A stretch of DNA of 64,000 bases. Source: an uncultured Bacteroidota bacterium. GTDB taxonomy: Bacteria; Bacteroidota; Bacteroidia; Chitinophagales; Chitinophagaceae. The translations under genes and the position numbers were made by a program. The stretch lies in contig CAISPO010000001.1 in NCBI GenBank assembly GCA_903887415.1, positions 48,728 to 112,727 of the forward strand, read 5' to 3'. The notes under the pieces were generated by a model. The model ran no database searches and was not told where the DNA came from. It saw nothing but the letters and a program-made list of their open reading frames with translations. Below are positions 19,279-28,779 of the stretch, piece by piece. How positions within the stretch are numbered: position 1 is the first letter of the stretch; the number at the start of each line of letters is the position of its first letter.

Positions 19279-20508
19279 ATGAAGAAAGATCATTCCATTG
19301 CTATACTGAGTATTCCTGTTCTGGTAGCCGCGCTCGGCTATTTCGTAGATATTTATGACCTGTTACTGTTCGGCATGATCCGCAACAACAGCCTGCTCAG
19401 CATGGGTTTGACAGGCGATGAGGCCATTAAAACCGGCCTGCAGATAATGAGTGTGCAGATGTACGGGATGCTCATAGGCGGTGTGATATGGGGCGTAATG
19501 GGCGATAAAAAGGGCAGGCTTAGTGTGCTTTTCGGTTCTATAATAATGTACTCCCTTGCGAACATTGCTAACGGAATGGTACATACGGTGGACCAATACA
19601 AGATTTGCCGCTTCATCGCTGGCGTGGGCCTTGCTGGGGAACTTGGCGCTGGTATCACATTGGTGAGTGAACTTATTTCCAAAGAAAAAAGGGGTATTGC
19701 TACGTCTATTGTAGCAGGTGTGGGCCTCACAGGCGCCGTTGTCGCCTACTTTATTTCCCGTGCTTTCGACTGGAGGGTGTGTTTTTATATAGGCGGCGCA
19801 CTCGGCTTGCTGCTTCTGTTGCTTCGCGTTAGTGTTTTTGAGTCAGGCATGTACCACGGGCTGAAGGAAAAACCGGTGCAGCGGGGAAACATCCTTATGT
19901 TTTTTACTAACGGCAAACGTTTCAAAACATACCTGCTAGCTATTCTCATAGGGCTGCCTACCTGGTACGTGATCGGGCTGCTGATACAAGTGTCCGATAA
20001 ATTCGGCAAGGAGTTCGGGATACAGGAAAAGATAAATCCCGGTAAGGCGGTTATGTACGCCTATATCGCCATTTCCATTGCTGATCTGCTGGTGGGGCTG
20101 GTGAGCCAGGTTTTGAAGAGCCGGAAGAAAGCGCTCTACATCTTTTATGCGATCACGATAGTGGGCATCATTATGTATTTTAACCAGCGGAACGGCACTG
20201 CCGCGGGCATGTACGCTATATGCGCGCTTATGGGCTTCGGTACTGGTTTCTGGGCGCTGTTTGTGACAATGGCTGCAGAGCATTTCGGTACCAACCTGCG
20301 TGCCACTGCTGCAACTACTACGCCTAATATGGTTCGCGGGTCGCTGCCTTTGATTCTTTCTTTATTCGGATACCTGCAAAGTGGGTTCAGTTATAGCTTT
20401 ATCACGGCTGCCGCCATTACTGGCGTGGTGGTTATGACTATCAGCACCATAGCCGTCTTTATGACGGAAGAGACCTTTGGGAGAGACCTGAACTTTATTG
20501 AGGAATAG
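19279..20508 (+). CDS. MFS transporter
   Basis: 12 hydrophobic segments, GDKKGRLSV, RFIAGVGLAGELG, EHFGTNLRAT. Confidence 0.92.
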   Translation: MKKDHSIAILSIPVLVAALGYFVDIYDLLLFGMIRNNSLLSMGLTGDEAIKTGLQIMSVQMYGMLIGGVIWGVMGDKKGRLSVLFGSIIMYSLANIANGMVHTVDQYKICRFIAGVGLAGELGAGITLVSELISKEKRGIATSIVAGVGLTGAVVAYFISRAFDWRVCFYIGGALGLLLLLLRVSVFESGMYHGLKEKPVQRGNILMFFTNGKRFKTYLLAILIGLPTWYVIGLLIQVSDKFGKEFGIQEKINPGKAVMYAYIAISIADLLVGLVSQVLKSRKKALYIFYAITIVGIIMYFNQRNGTAAGMYAICALMGFGTGFWALFVTMAAEHFGTNLRATAATTTPNMVRGSLPLILSLFGYLQSGFSYSFITAAAITGVVVMTISTIAVFMTEETFGRDLNFIEE

Positions 20509-20537
20509 GTTAAAGCGATTATTCAAACCAGGGCCAA

Positions 20538-21428
20538 TTGGATACCAGACTTATTTTCAACAAGACAAGAATAGCGCCTACCCCAAGTGGCTTCCTGCAC
20601 CTGGGCAATGTATTTTCGTTTGTTATCACCGCTGGCCTGGCAAAGAAAACCGGTGCAAAGACCTTTCTCCGTATAGACGATGCAGACCGTGAGCGGACAA
20701 ATAAGCTCTATGTGCAGGATATTTTTGATACGCTCGATTTCCTCGGCATACCGTGGCATGAAGGCCCGCGGAATCTGAAGGAATATGAACAGGAATATTC
20801 ACAGGTACACCGTATGCACATGTATAATGATGCCTTGCTTCAACTGAGAGAAAACGGCGATCTGTTTGCCTGCCGCTGCACGCGGACGCAGGTAGTGGTG
20901 CGGGGCGAGGACAGCGTTTACCCTGGTACCTGTCGGAATTTGAATATTCCGCTTGATGCGAAAAATGTGAGCTGGCGGCTGCGCACAAATACAGAAAAGA
21001 TACTGGAAGTAAACACATGGCCCAGGACGACCGTCCAGGCAACTCTACCGCCTTCAATGTCCGAATTTATTGTACGAAAAAAAGACGGGTTTCCCGCATA
21101 TCAGCTTACATCTGTAATCGATGATGCTTTCTTCGGTATAGACCTTATAGTAAGGGGCAAGGACCTCTGGAATTCCACTTTGGCGCAGCTATATCTTTCG
21201 TCCCTGATCGGCAAAAGCTCCTTTGCGGAGGCAACTTTTTATCATCATCCGCTGCTAAATGGTGCAGACGGGAACAAACTTTCCAAATCTGCTGGAGATA
21301 CTTCCGTTCAATATCTGCGGAAAGATGGGAAGACCGCCGCTGATATTTATTCTCTTATAGCCGGGATAATGAACGTAGAAGCGCGGGTGGAAACCTGGGA
21401 AGACTTGTTTGCCCTGATAGCTCTATAA
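20538..21428 (+). CDS. Glutamyl-Q tRNA(Asp) synthetase-like protein (GluRS catalytic domain only)
   Basis: RIAPTPSGFLHLGN (HIGH-like), LRIDD, AYQL, VRGKDL, KLSKS; no anticodon-binding domain. Confidence 0.85.
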   Translation: MDTRLIFNKTRIAPTPSGFLHLGNVFSFVITAGLAKKTGAKTFLRIDDADRERTNKLYVQDIFDTLDFLGIPWHEGPRNLKEYEQEYSQVHRMHMYNDALLQLRENGDLFACRCTRTQVVVRGEDSVYPGTCRNLNIPLDAKNVSWRLRTNTEKILEVNTWPRTTVQATLPPSMSEFIVRKKDGFPAYQLTSVIDDAFFGIDLIVRGKDLWNSTLAQLYLSSLIGKSSFAEATFYHHPLLNGADGNKLSKSAGDTSVQYLRKDGKTAADIYSLIAGIMNVEARVETWEDLFALIAL

Positions 21429-21492
21429 GAATCCTTTATCGTGCATTGATCTGTTAATCCCGACATTTGCCCCTCAAACAGAAAACATCAAA

Positions 21493-22227
21493 ATGAACAT
21501 AACTGGCAATAAAATTCTTATCACCGGCGGTGCAACCGGCATCGGCCTTGGGCTTACAGAAAGATTCATTAATGAAGGTAATACGGTAATTATTTGCGGG
21601 AGGCGGGAGTCTGCACTGAAAGAAGTATCAGATAAATACCCCTCTGTTATTACAAAGGTATGCGATCTGTCGGTTGAGGCGGAGCGTGTTGCGCTATATA
21701 ACTGGGTTGCAGACAATCATCGTGATGTGAATGTGCTGGTAAATAATGCAGGTATCCAGCAATGGATGGCCGTTACTGATGCAGATTTTTTTCAGCGGGC
21801 ACAGGTGGAGATCACCACTAATATCGTTGCCCCGGTTCACTTAACATCACTATTCATCAACTTAAAGTCACTGAATACGATAATAAACGTGACTTCCGGC
21901 TTGTCCTTTGTTCCGCTTACCAAGACGCCGGTATATTCAGGCACGAAGGCTTTTTTTCATTCGTTTACGCTTTCGCTGCAATACCTGCTGAAAGCGAAAA
22001 ATATAGAAGTGATAGAAATGATACCTCCGGCATTGAATACAGACCTCGGTGGAAAAGGTTTGCATGATACCGCACCACCTGTGAGCGCGTTTATAGATGC
22101 TGTCTTTCAACAAATGAAAGACGGAAAAACCGAGCTGACGTTCGGGTTTAGTGAAATGATGGCAAGAGCCAGCCAGGAAGATCTGAAACAAGCGTTTAAT
22201 AGGTTAAACCCTGCTCCAGTAGCTTAA
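21493..22227 (+). CDS. Short-chain dehydrogenase/reductase (DltE-like)
   Basis: TGGATGIG, NNAG, YSGTK (YxxxK). Confidence 0.92.
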   Translation: MNITGNKILITGGATGIGLGLTERFINEGNTVIICGRRESALKEVSDKYPSVITKVCDLSVEAERVALYNWVADNHRDVNVLVNNAGIQQWMAVTDADFFQRAQVEITTNIVAPVHLTSLFINLKSLNTIINVTSGLSFVPLTKTPVYSGTKAFFHSFTLSLQYLLKAKNIEVIEMIPPALNTDLGGKGLHDTAPPVSAFIDAVFQQMKDGKTELTFGFSEMMARASQEDLKQAFNRLNPAPVA

Positions 22228-22242
22228 ATAATAAAATGCCAA

Positions 22243-22770
22243 ATGAATCTTCATGTAATTGCCTATCCTGAACTTGCACCTGCTGATCACGACCGCATAC
22301 AGCAGTGCCGTAAGGAGCATAATAGCCTTTATACAGTGATAGCGCCGCATTTTACTGTTGTGTTTTCTGTACCGGATATGTCAATGAGCGATTTTGTAGG
22401 GGAAATAAAGAAGCAGGTTGATGGTGTGACCGCTATTCCGTTCTGCCTGCGGTGCGCAGTGATCAACAAAGATTCATTCAGCAATAATTATGATGCCTTC
22501 TTAGTGCCGGATGAAGGTTTCGGAAGGATGAGCAAACTACATGACCGGCTGTATAGCGGTAAGCTCTCCACTTACCACCGGCTGGACATTAGCTACATAC
22601 CGCACATCAGCATTGCTAATTCTGTGGATGCCTCAGCTATCAAAAATATAGTTGACGAATGGAACAGAAGAGAGTTTGCGATAAGCGGAACCATTTCTGC
22701 CCTTGACATTATTAACTACGAGAATAGGGTAATAACTACAGTCGAAAAAATAGAGTTGCCAGTTAAATAA
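22243..22770 (+). CDS. 2H phosphoesterase (2'-5' RNA ligase family)
   Basis: Two HxT/S motifs: PHFT and PHIS. Confidence 0.82.
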   Translation: MNLHVIAYPELAPADHDRIQQCRKEHNSLYTVIAPHFTVVFSVPDMSMSDFVGEIKKQVDGVTAIPFCLRCAVINKDSFSNNYDAFLVPDEGFGRMSKLHDRLYSGKLSTYHRLDISYIPHISIANSVDASAIKNIVDEWNRREFAISGTISALDIINYENRVITTVEKIELPVK

Positions 22771-22797
22771 CCAAACCCGCCACGGGAGCGGGTTTGG
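22771..22797. terminator. Bidirectional intrinsic terminator-like hairpin between convergent genes
   Basis: ccaaacccgc-cacggga-gcgggtttgg, perfect 10-bp stem. Confidence 0.7.
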
Positions 22798-22825
22798 AGC
22801 ATGAAATTTCAACTGCAAACTATCC

Positions 22826-24259
22826 TCACATCACCTTTGTTATTTTCAGCATATTGGTAGGCAGATGGTCTTGCACAGGTGTGCTACCGGTATTTACTAC
22901 TACATCGCCTGCTTTAAGCAGCCCTTTTTCTTTAAGAAAAGAAACCTGGTCAGCGATGATACCATCAATACTCTCTTCTTTATCGTAGTAAAACGCCTGT
23001 ACACCCCAGCTAAGGCTGAGCTGGTTTACCAGTGCATGTGTTTTTGTAAACACAAAAATAGGCGAGTGCGGCCGGAAGCTCGACAGCATAAACCCTGTAT
23101 AACCGGACTGCGTCATGCCGATCAACGCATTCGCGCTTATGTCTTTTGCTATTCCGCAGGCATTATAACAAAGCGCATCGCTCAGGAACGAGGGCGAGTG
23201 CGGTTTTGGCGTCAGGTTACGGTTATATACATCTTCTTCTTTTTCCACTTCCTTTATGATGCTCACCATAGTACGCACTACCAGCTCGGGATATTGGCCC
23301 ATAGCGGTCTCTCCGCTCAGCATCACCGCATCTGCACCTTCCATCACCGCGTTGGCCACATCCGTTATCTCACTCCGGTTTGGGCGGGTACGGTCTATCA
23401 TGCTCTCCATCATTTGCGTAGCTATGATCACCGGCTTGGCACGGTGAATACATTTGCGCACGATGTTCTTTTGTATCATAGGTACCTGCTCCAGGGGCAG
23501 TTCTACGCCCAGGTCACCGCGTGCCACCATTATGGCGTCAGATGCGAGTATCACTTCCCGCAGATGTTCCAGCGCTTCGGGTTTTTCAATTTTTGATATG
23601 ATTTTTGCCTTGCTGTTCTTGCTTACCAGTATTTCGCGTAGCTGGGTAACATCTTCCGGACGGCGCACAAATGAAAGCGCCACCCAGTCCACATTTTGGC
23701 CGATGATGAAGTCCAGGTCGTCCAGGTCTTTTTCTGATAAAGAAGGAAGGGATATTTTGGTATCAGGCAGGTTCACTCCTTTCTTAGATGATAGCAGGCC
23801 GCCTGCTGTTACTTCTACTTTTACCCGGTTGTCTGCGCCTATTTCTTTTACAACGACTTCTATTTTTCCGTCATCCAGCAATATTTTTTCACCCACACGC
23901 ACGTCATCATGAAAAGCAGGGTAGGATATATAAATATGCTCCAGTGTGCCTATGCATTTTTCATTCGTGAAATAAAATTCATCGCCTTTGTTTAAGTAGA
24001 GCGCATTGCCCTCTATTTCGCCTACGCGCAACTTTGGGCCCTGCAGATCGGTCAGTATGGCTATGTTCAGGCTTTCATTTTTGTTTATGGCCTTAATATG
24101 GTTCATCACTTCAAGATGCTGGTCGTGCGTACCGTGCGAGAAATTGAGCCGGAAAACGTTTACGCCTTCATGTACAAGCGCCAGCAGCTTATCATAAGTG
24201 TTGCAGGCAGGGCCTACTGTTGCTATTATTTTGGTTTTATGAGTCATATTGTTAGTCAA
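22826..24259 (-). CDS. pyk: Pyruvate kinase
   Basis: KTKIIATVGPA, RLNFSHG, DLQGPKLR, KIEKPEA, MVARGDLG, ATQMMESM, MLSGETA. Confidence 0.97.
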   Translation of the reverse strand: MTNNMTHKTKIIATVGPACNTYDKLLALVHEGVNVFRLNFSHGTHDQHLEVMNHIKAINKNESLNIAILTDLQGPKLRVGEIEGNALYLNKGDEFYFTNEKCIGTLEHIYISYPAFHDDVRVGEKILLDDGKIEVVVKEIGADNRVKVEVTAGGLLSSKKGVNLPDTKISLPSLSEKDLDDLDFIIGQNVDWVALSFVRRPEDVTQLREILVSKNSKAKIISKIEKPEALEHLREVILASDAIMVARGDLGVELPLEQVPMIQKNIVRKCIHRAKPVIIATQMMESMIDRTRPNRSEITDVANAVMEGADAVMLSGETAMGQYPELVVRTMVSIIKEVEKEEDVYNRNLTPKPHSPSFLSDALCYNACGIAKDISANALIGMTQSGYTGFMLSSFRPHSPIFVFTKTHALVNQLSLSWGVQAFYYDKEESIDGIIADQVSFLKEKGLLKAGDVVVNTGSTPVQDHLPTNMLKITKVM

Positions 24260-24379
24260 AAAGTTAGTAAAAGCCTTTGTAAAGGCCGCACAAATTTCAA
24301 TATTTTCTGCGTTGAATATTTATCGCGAAAGTTAAGAGTTTGCTATGTATTCTGCAATGATAGGCTAAAATTGAGTACG

Positions 24380-25087
24380 TCATTCAATTGGTTTTCTACT
24401 TGCTTTAACAAGTGAGAAAATGTGCATAAATACAGCCAGTGGCATGAATAAACCGGCAAGAAAGGTGTACGGGAAATCACCAAAGCCCCTTCTGAGCATG
24501 CTGAGGACCTCATTGGGCATAAAATAGGAGTGCCGCATCAATATAAAAACTACAATAGCTAATGTTGCCAGTCCTGCAAAGTTCCATAGTATGAATAATG
24601 ATTTGCCGATCTTAGGCTTTACAAACGTGAAGAACGCGATCAGTGGTGCAGTAAGCCCAATAAGAATATCAAAATTATGCCCTTCAAATGTTGCGGACTT
24701 TGGCGTAATACCGGCCATAAACATCCCCCATATGAGTAATTCTACAACGATCCTGAAGCTCTGAAAGAACACCGGCCATGAGTGTGGCGTATGGTCAATG
24801 ATTGTCTTGAATTTCTTATTGGTAAAGAAATAAAAAAAGAAAAGAAAAGCCGGAAGCACCAGCAATAGCGGTATGCGCGGCGGAAAAGAAACCTGCTCAA
24901 AAATCCCGGTAACTGAAATCGCGCTTATGTACACAAACCAACCTAAGAGCAACAGTGCTGTTCCTCTGATAAAGCGCTTCTGCTGCCGGGCATCCTTCAT
25001 AGCCCTTAACGACACATTCACCGCCATGAGGTAAACTATGATGATAAGCGCCAGCGCCAGAAATACAAAGCATGCCTGTAACATCAT
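24380..25087 (-). CDS. Hypothetical multi-pass membrane protein
   Basis: About 7 hydrophobic segments, QSFRIVVE motif; no family recognised. Confidence 0.75.
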   Translation of the reverse strand: MMLQACFVFLALALIIIVYLMAVNVSLRAMKDARQQKRFIRGTALLLLGWFVYISAISVTGIFEQVSFPPRIPLLLVLPAFLFFFYFFTNKKFKTIIDHTPHSWPVFFQSFRIVVELLIWGMFMAGITPKSATFEGHNFDILIGLTAPLIAFFTFVKPKIGKSLFILWNFAGLATLAIVVFILMRHSYFMPNEVLSMLRRGFGDFPYTFLAGLFMPLAVFMHIFSLVKASRKPIE

Positions 25088-25098
25088 AATTTTTTTCT

Positions 25099-26232
25099 TT
25101 AAACCAGTTCCTTCAGTTTCTCTATCACGGTGTCTATCTCTTCTTTTTTATTATGCCGTGAGAAAGAGAAACGAATAGGAACCATATCCGCTGCCTGCCC
25201 GTTGTAAATGGCCTTGATAACGTGGCTTACGGAATTTGCCCCGCTGGTACAGGCGCTGCCGCCGCTTACACAGATGCCCGCCATGTCCAGGTTAAAGAGC
25301 AGCATATCAGAGCGCTCCGTCATCGGGAAAGATACATTCAGCACGGTATAAAGGCTGCTGCCATTGGTGTCTCCGTTAAAAATTATACCGGGGAAATTTG
25401 CCACCAGTTGTTCCGCCATATAAGTTTTCAAACCTTTTATATACTGGCTGTCTTCATCATATCGGGCAGTCGCTATTTCCAGCGCTTTTGCAAAGCCTAC
25501 TATGCCGTACATATTCTCTGTTCCGGCGCGCATGTTTCGCTCCTGGGCGCCGCCATTTATGTAGGGCTTTATGGTTATGTTCTCATTTACATAAAGAATG
25601 CCCACGCCCTTGGGGCCATGAAATTTATGCCCTGCGCCATTGATAAAGTGTATATGTAGCTTTTTGAGGTCGAAGGGATAGTGGCCTACTGTCTGCACGG
25701 TGTCGCTGTGGAAGATGGCATCATACTTTTTACACAATTCGCCCACTGCTTTTATTTTCAGCAGGTTGCCTATTTCATTGTTGGCGTGCATCAGGGTTAC
25801 CAGTGAGCGTTCCTTGCTGCCCGCAAGCAATTCTTCGAGGTGGTTAAGGTCAATATGGCCTTTATCTGTCAGCTTCACAAAGCTCAGTGTAGCAAGCCCG
25901 AAATGAGCCATATGCTCTACGGTGTGCAGGGTAGCATGATGTTCCAGCGGAGAGGTGATAATATGCTTGCAGCCCAGGTCGCGGATAGCCGCTGTAACTG
26001 CGGTATTAGTACTCTCTGTGCCACCGGAAGTAAAAAATATCTCACCGGGGCTTGCATTGAGCAGCTTGGCTACACTTTTGCGTGCATTCTCTATGGCCAT
26101 TTTGGTCTCCCTGCCGTAAGAGTATATCGAAGATGGGTTGCCGAATTTTTCGGTGAGAAATGGCATCATTGCTTCCAGTACTACCGAATCAAGTGAAGTA
26201 GTAGCGGCATTGTCTAAATAAATACGGTCCAT
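25099..26232 (-). CDS. iscS: Cysteine desulfurase (IscS/NifS class)
   Basis: IYLDNAATT, GNPSS, HANNEIG, GHKFHGPKG (PLP Lys), SGGSACTSG. Confidence 0.93.
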   Translation of the reverse strand: MDRIYLDNAATTSLDSVVLEAMMPFLTEKFGNPSSIYSYGRETKMAIENARKSVAKLLNASPGEIFFTSGGTESTNTAVTAAIRDLGCKHIITSPLEHHATLHTVEHMAHFGLATLSFVKLTDKGHIDLNHLEELLAGSKERSLVTLMHANNEIGNLLKIKAVGELCKKYDAIFHSDTVQTVGHYPFDLKKLHIHFINGAGHKFHGPKGVGILYVNENITIKPYINGGAQERNMRAGTENMYGIVGFAKALEIATARYDEDSQYIKGLKTYMAEQLVANFPGIIFNGDTNGSSLYTVLNVSFPMTERSDMLLFNLDMAGICVSGGSACTSGANSVSHVIKAIYNGQAADMVPIRFSFSRHNKKEEIDTVIEKLKELV

Positions 26233-26327
26233 TACCTGTGATTGTATTAAAGCACAAAGTTAACTATTAAATAATCAACCCCAAACGAGCGCTATAGAGA
26301 TTAACTATTCGTGCTTATGCAGTGTGT

Positions 26328-26537
26328 TTAGCTGTTGTGGCTCGCAGTATCACCAACATCTTCAAAATGCCCGGAAAGGTCATCAGCTATTTGTTGCTCA
26401 TGAAGTGCCTTTCTTCTTTTTACATATTTAATAGTGAAATCGACGGAATAGGCAACGGCTACGATCACAACCAATGGAAAGATCAGCGGCAGCCAGTTAG
26501 TGCTCCCACCAACACCAGATAATAACAGTGCTTTCAT
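26328..26537 (-). CDS. Small single-pass membrane protein
   Basis: 69 aa; hydrophobic segment followed by KRRK and an acidic tail; ATG with A-rich leader. Confidence 0.6.
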   Translation of the reverse strand: MKALLLSGVGGSTNWLPLIFPLVVIVAVAYSVDFTIKYVKRRKALHEQQIADDLSGHFEDVGDTASHNS

Positions 26538-26733
26538 AATTACAGATTTTGTTACTGTAATTTACAAAATATTTACTGGCATTATAGTTTTTTAACATTA
26601 ATTAACCCAATGTGTATGGAATTAGGGGTTGAGAATTTGCAATTTGGATTGCTTTTTGGGCTGGAGTTTTTCAAGTTGCAATGGTATTCGCAACGATCCA
26701 AATTCCCGATAACCAATTCCAAATTCCAAAAAA

Positions 26734-28395
26734 CTAAAACGGTACGTCATCATTCGATGGAGGGGGAGCCTTGAACGGCGCTCCGCCGCCCAGGTCATCA
26801 TCATCCCAGTTGGCATCGTTTACTTTCGATTGCAGCGTCTGGAAACCACCGGCAGGTATATATAACTTCGATCCGCCAAAGTCGCTGGTATCGCGGCGTA
26901 TGCCCGCCTGCGGGTTGTCCTTTGGCCCGCCGCCTCCCGGGTTTCCGCCGCCACCAAAATTACCGCCGCCTGCGTTGAAACGATTGTCTTCCATATCCAC
27001 AAACCGCTGGTACTCTTTTATGAAGCGCACCTTTTCCATGCCGGTGCTGCCGTTACGGTGTTTGGCTATGTGTATCTGTGTCTCACCTTCTATGGTCTCG
27101 CCCATGGCATCGTTGTTGATGCCATGGTATTCTGGCCGATACAGGAACATAACGAGGTCAGCATCCTGCTCTATCGCACCCGATTCACGCAGGTCACTCA
27201 ACTGCGGCACTTTGGATTCCTTTCTTGTTTCTACCGAACGGTTGAGCTGCGAAAGGGCTATAATAGGCACTTCCAGCTCTTTTGCCAGGGCTTTAAGGTC
27301 GCGCGATATTTTGCTGATCTCTTGCTCGCGGTTGCCACTCTTGTCCACATTGGCCTGCATCAACTGCAGGTAGTCAATGATGATCAGTTGTATATCGTGT
27401 TTCTGTTTCAGTCTGCGGGCCTTGGCACGCAGCTCGAATATATTCAGCGCCGCCTGGTCATCAAGATATATCTTGGCCTGCGCCAGCTTGCTCATGCGCT
27501 GGGACATCTGTACAAACTCATGCTCCGCCATTTTGCCGCGCGTTATCGACTCCATGCTCACATCGGTCACTGCGCTGAGCATCCTTTTTACGATCTGCCC
27601 TGCACCCATTTCCAGCGAGAAAACAGCTACCGGAAACTGCTTGCCGGCATTCATGGCTGCATTCATGGCCAGGTTCAGCGCAAATGCCGTTTTACCCACT
27701 GATGGGCGGGCTGCCAGGATGATGAGATCTGTTTTTTGCCATCCGGCGGTAAGCCGGTCGAGGGCTGCGAAGCCAGATGGTACGCCTGTAATATCGTCGG
27801 TCTTTTTCCGGTTTTCCTCTATTTCGTTTACCGTTTTTATCAGTACTTCATTGAGGCTCTTAAAGTTCTTGCGGAGGTGCTTATCTGTGATCTCATAAAG
27901 TCCTGATTCTGCTTTGTCCAGCAGGTCAAAAACATCTGTACTGTCTTCATACGCATCGCCTATTACCGCACCACTGATGCGTATCAGCTCACGCTGTATG
28001 AATTTCTCCATCACAATTCGGGCATGTGCTTCTACGTGCGCGCTCGATAGTACGCTCATGGTGAGGCGTGTCAGGTAGTAAGCCCCGCCCACGATGTCGA
28101 GTTCGTTTGTTTTCCGTAATTCTTCGGTAATGGTCAGGAGGTCAACTGGCGTGCCCTTGTCAAACAAACGGCGCATAGCCGCGTATATTTTCTGGTGAGC
28201 GTCCATGTAAAAACACTCCTCGCTCTGGATGATCTCCAGCACTTGCGCAAAAGTGTCTTTCTCCAGCATAGCCGCCCCAAGAACTGCTTCTTCGAGTTCG
28301 GGGGCCTGTGGTGGTACTTTACCGTAAACTAGGGTGGTGAGGTCGGGTTTGCGGCTTCTTGTACTACCAAAATCTTTTTTAATATTTACTGCCAT
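26734..28395 (-). CDS. dnaB: Replicative DNA helicase
   Basis: PPQAPELEEAVLG, AARPSVGKT, IIDYLQLM, LSQLNR, SDLRESGAIEQDAD, AKHRNG. Confidence 0.97.
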   Translation of the reverse strand: MAVNIKKDFGSTRSRKPDLTTLVYGKVPPQAPELEEAVLGAAMLEKDTFAQVLEIIQSEECFYMDAHQKIYAAMRRLFDKGTPVDLLTITEELRKTNELDIVGGAYYLTRLTMSVLSSAHVEAHARIVMEKFIQRELIRISGAVIGDAYEDSTDVFDLLDKAESGLYEITDKHLRKNFKSLNEVLIKTVNEIEENRKKTDDITGVPSGFAALDRLTAGWQKTDLIILAARPSVGKTAFALNLAMNAAMNAGKQFPVAVFSLEMGAGQIVKRMLSAVTDVSMESITRGKMAEHEFVQMSQRMSKLAQAKIYLDDQAALNIFELRAKARRLKQKHDIQLIIIDYLQLMQANVDKSGNREQEISKISRDLKALAKELEVPIIALSQLNRSVETRKESKVPQLSDLRESGAIEQDADLVMFLYRPEYHGINNDAMGETIEGETQIHIAKHRNGSTGMEKVRFIKEYQRFVDMEDNRFNAGGGNFGGGGNPGGGGPKDNPQAGIRRDTSDFGGSKLYIPAGGFQTLQSKVNDANWDDDDLGGGAPFKAPPPSNDDVPF

Positions 28396-28597
28396 TGTCT
28401 TATATAGAGAGTTGTGATATTTATTGTTTCTTTTCCTATGATTTTTTATTTTTTCCTATATTTCCTGCTATATTTCAGCGAATCACAATGTTGATTTACT
28501 GTTAAGCCATCATTAAGCCGGGGTTAAAAACCTTTCGGGGAGGACGAATGTAAACGGAAATTTGAGGCGCAAACCTTTTTTTAATTCTTTAGTTTTC

Positions 28598-28694
28598 CTA
28601 TTCACAAGATGCCTTATCCACGTGTTATTACCATGTTTCTAACATAAAGTTCGGCTTTTCCACAGGAATCCACAAAGAATAATGTTTATCAACT
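28598..28694 (+). promoter_or_regulatory. Cluster of DnaA-box-like 9-mers
   Basis: CTATTCACA 28598, TTATCCACG 28614, TTTTCCACA 28656, GAATCCACA 28666, TTATCAACT 28686, compared with consensus TTWTNCACA. Confidence 0.5.
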
Positions 28695-28753
28695 GTAAAA
28701 ATGGTTTTGTTAATGGTTTTTACCGGAACTTAGTTTTTGCTATTATCAGGAGT

Positions 28754-28761
28754 TATCTTTG
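28754..28761 (+). promoter_or_regulatory. Bacteroidota -7 promoter box for pheT
   Basis: TATCTTTG matches TAnnTTTG, 19 bp before the ATG. Confidence 0.65.
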
Positions 28762-28779
28762 CCGAAATTTAGTTTTTAA

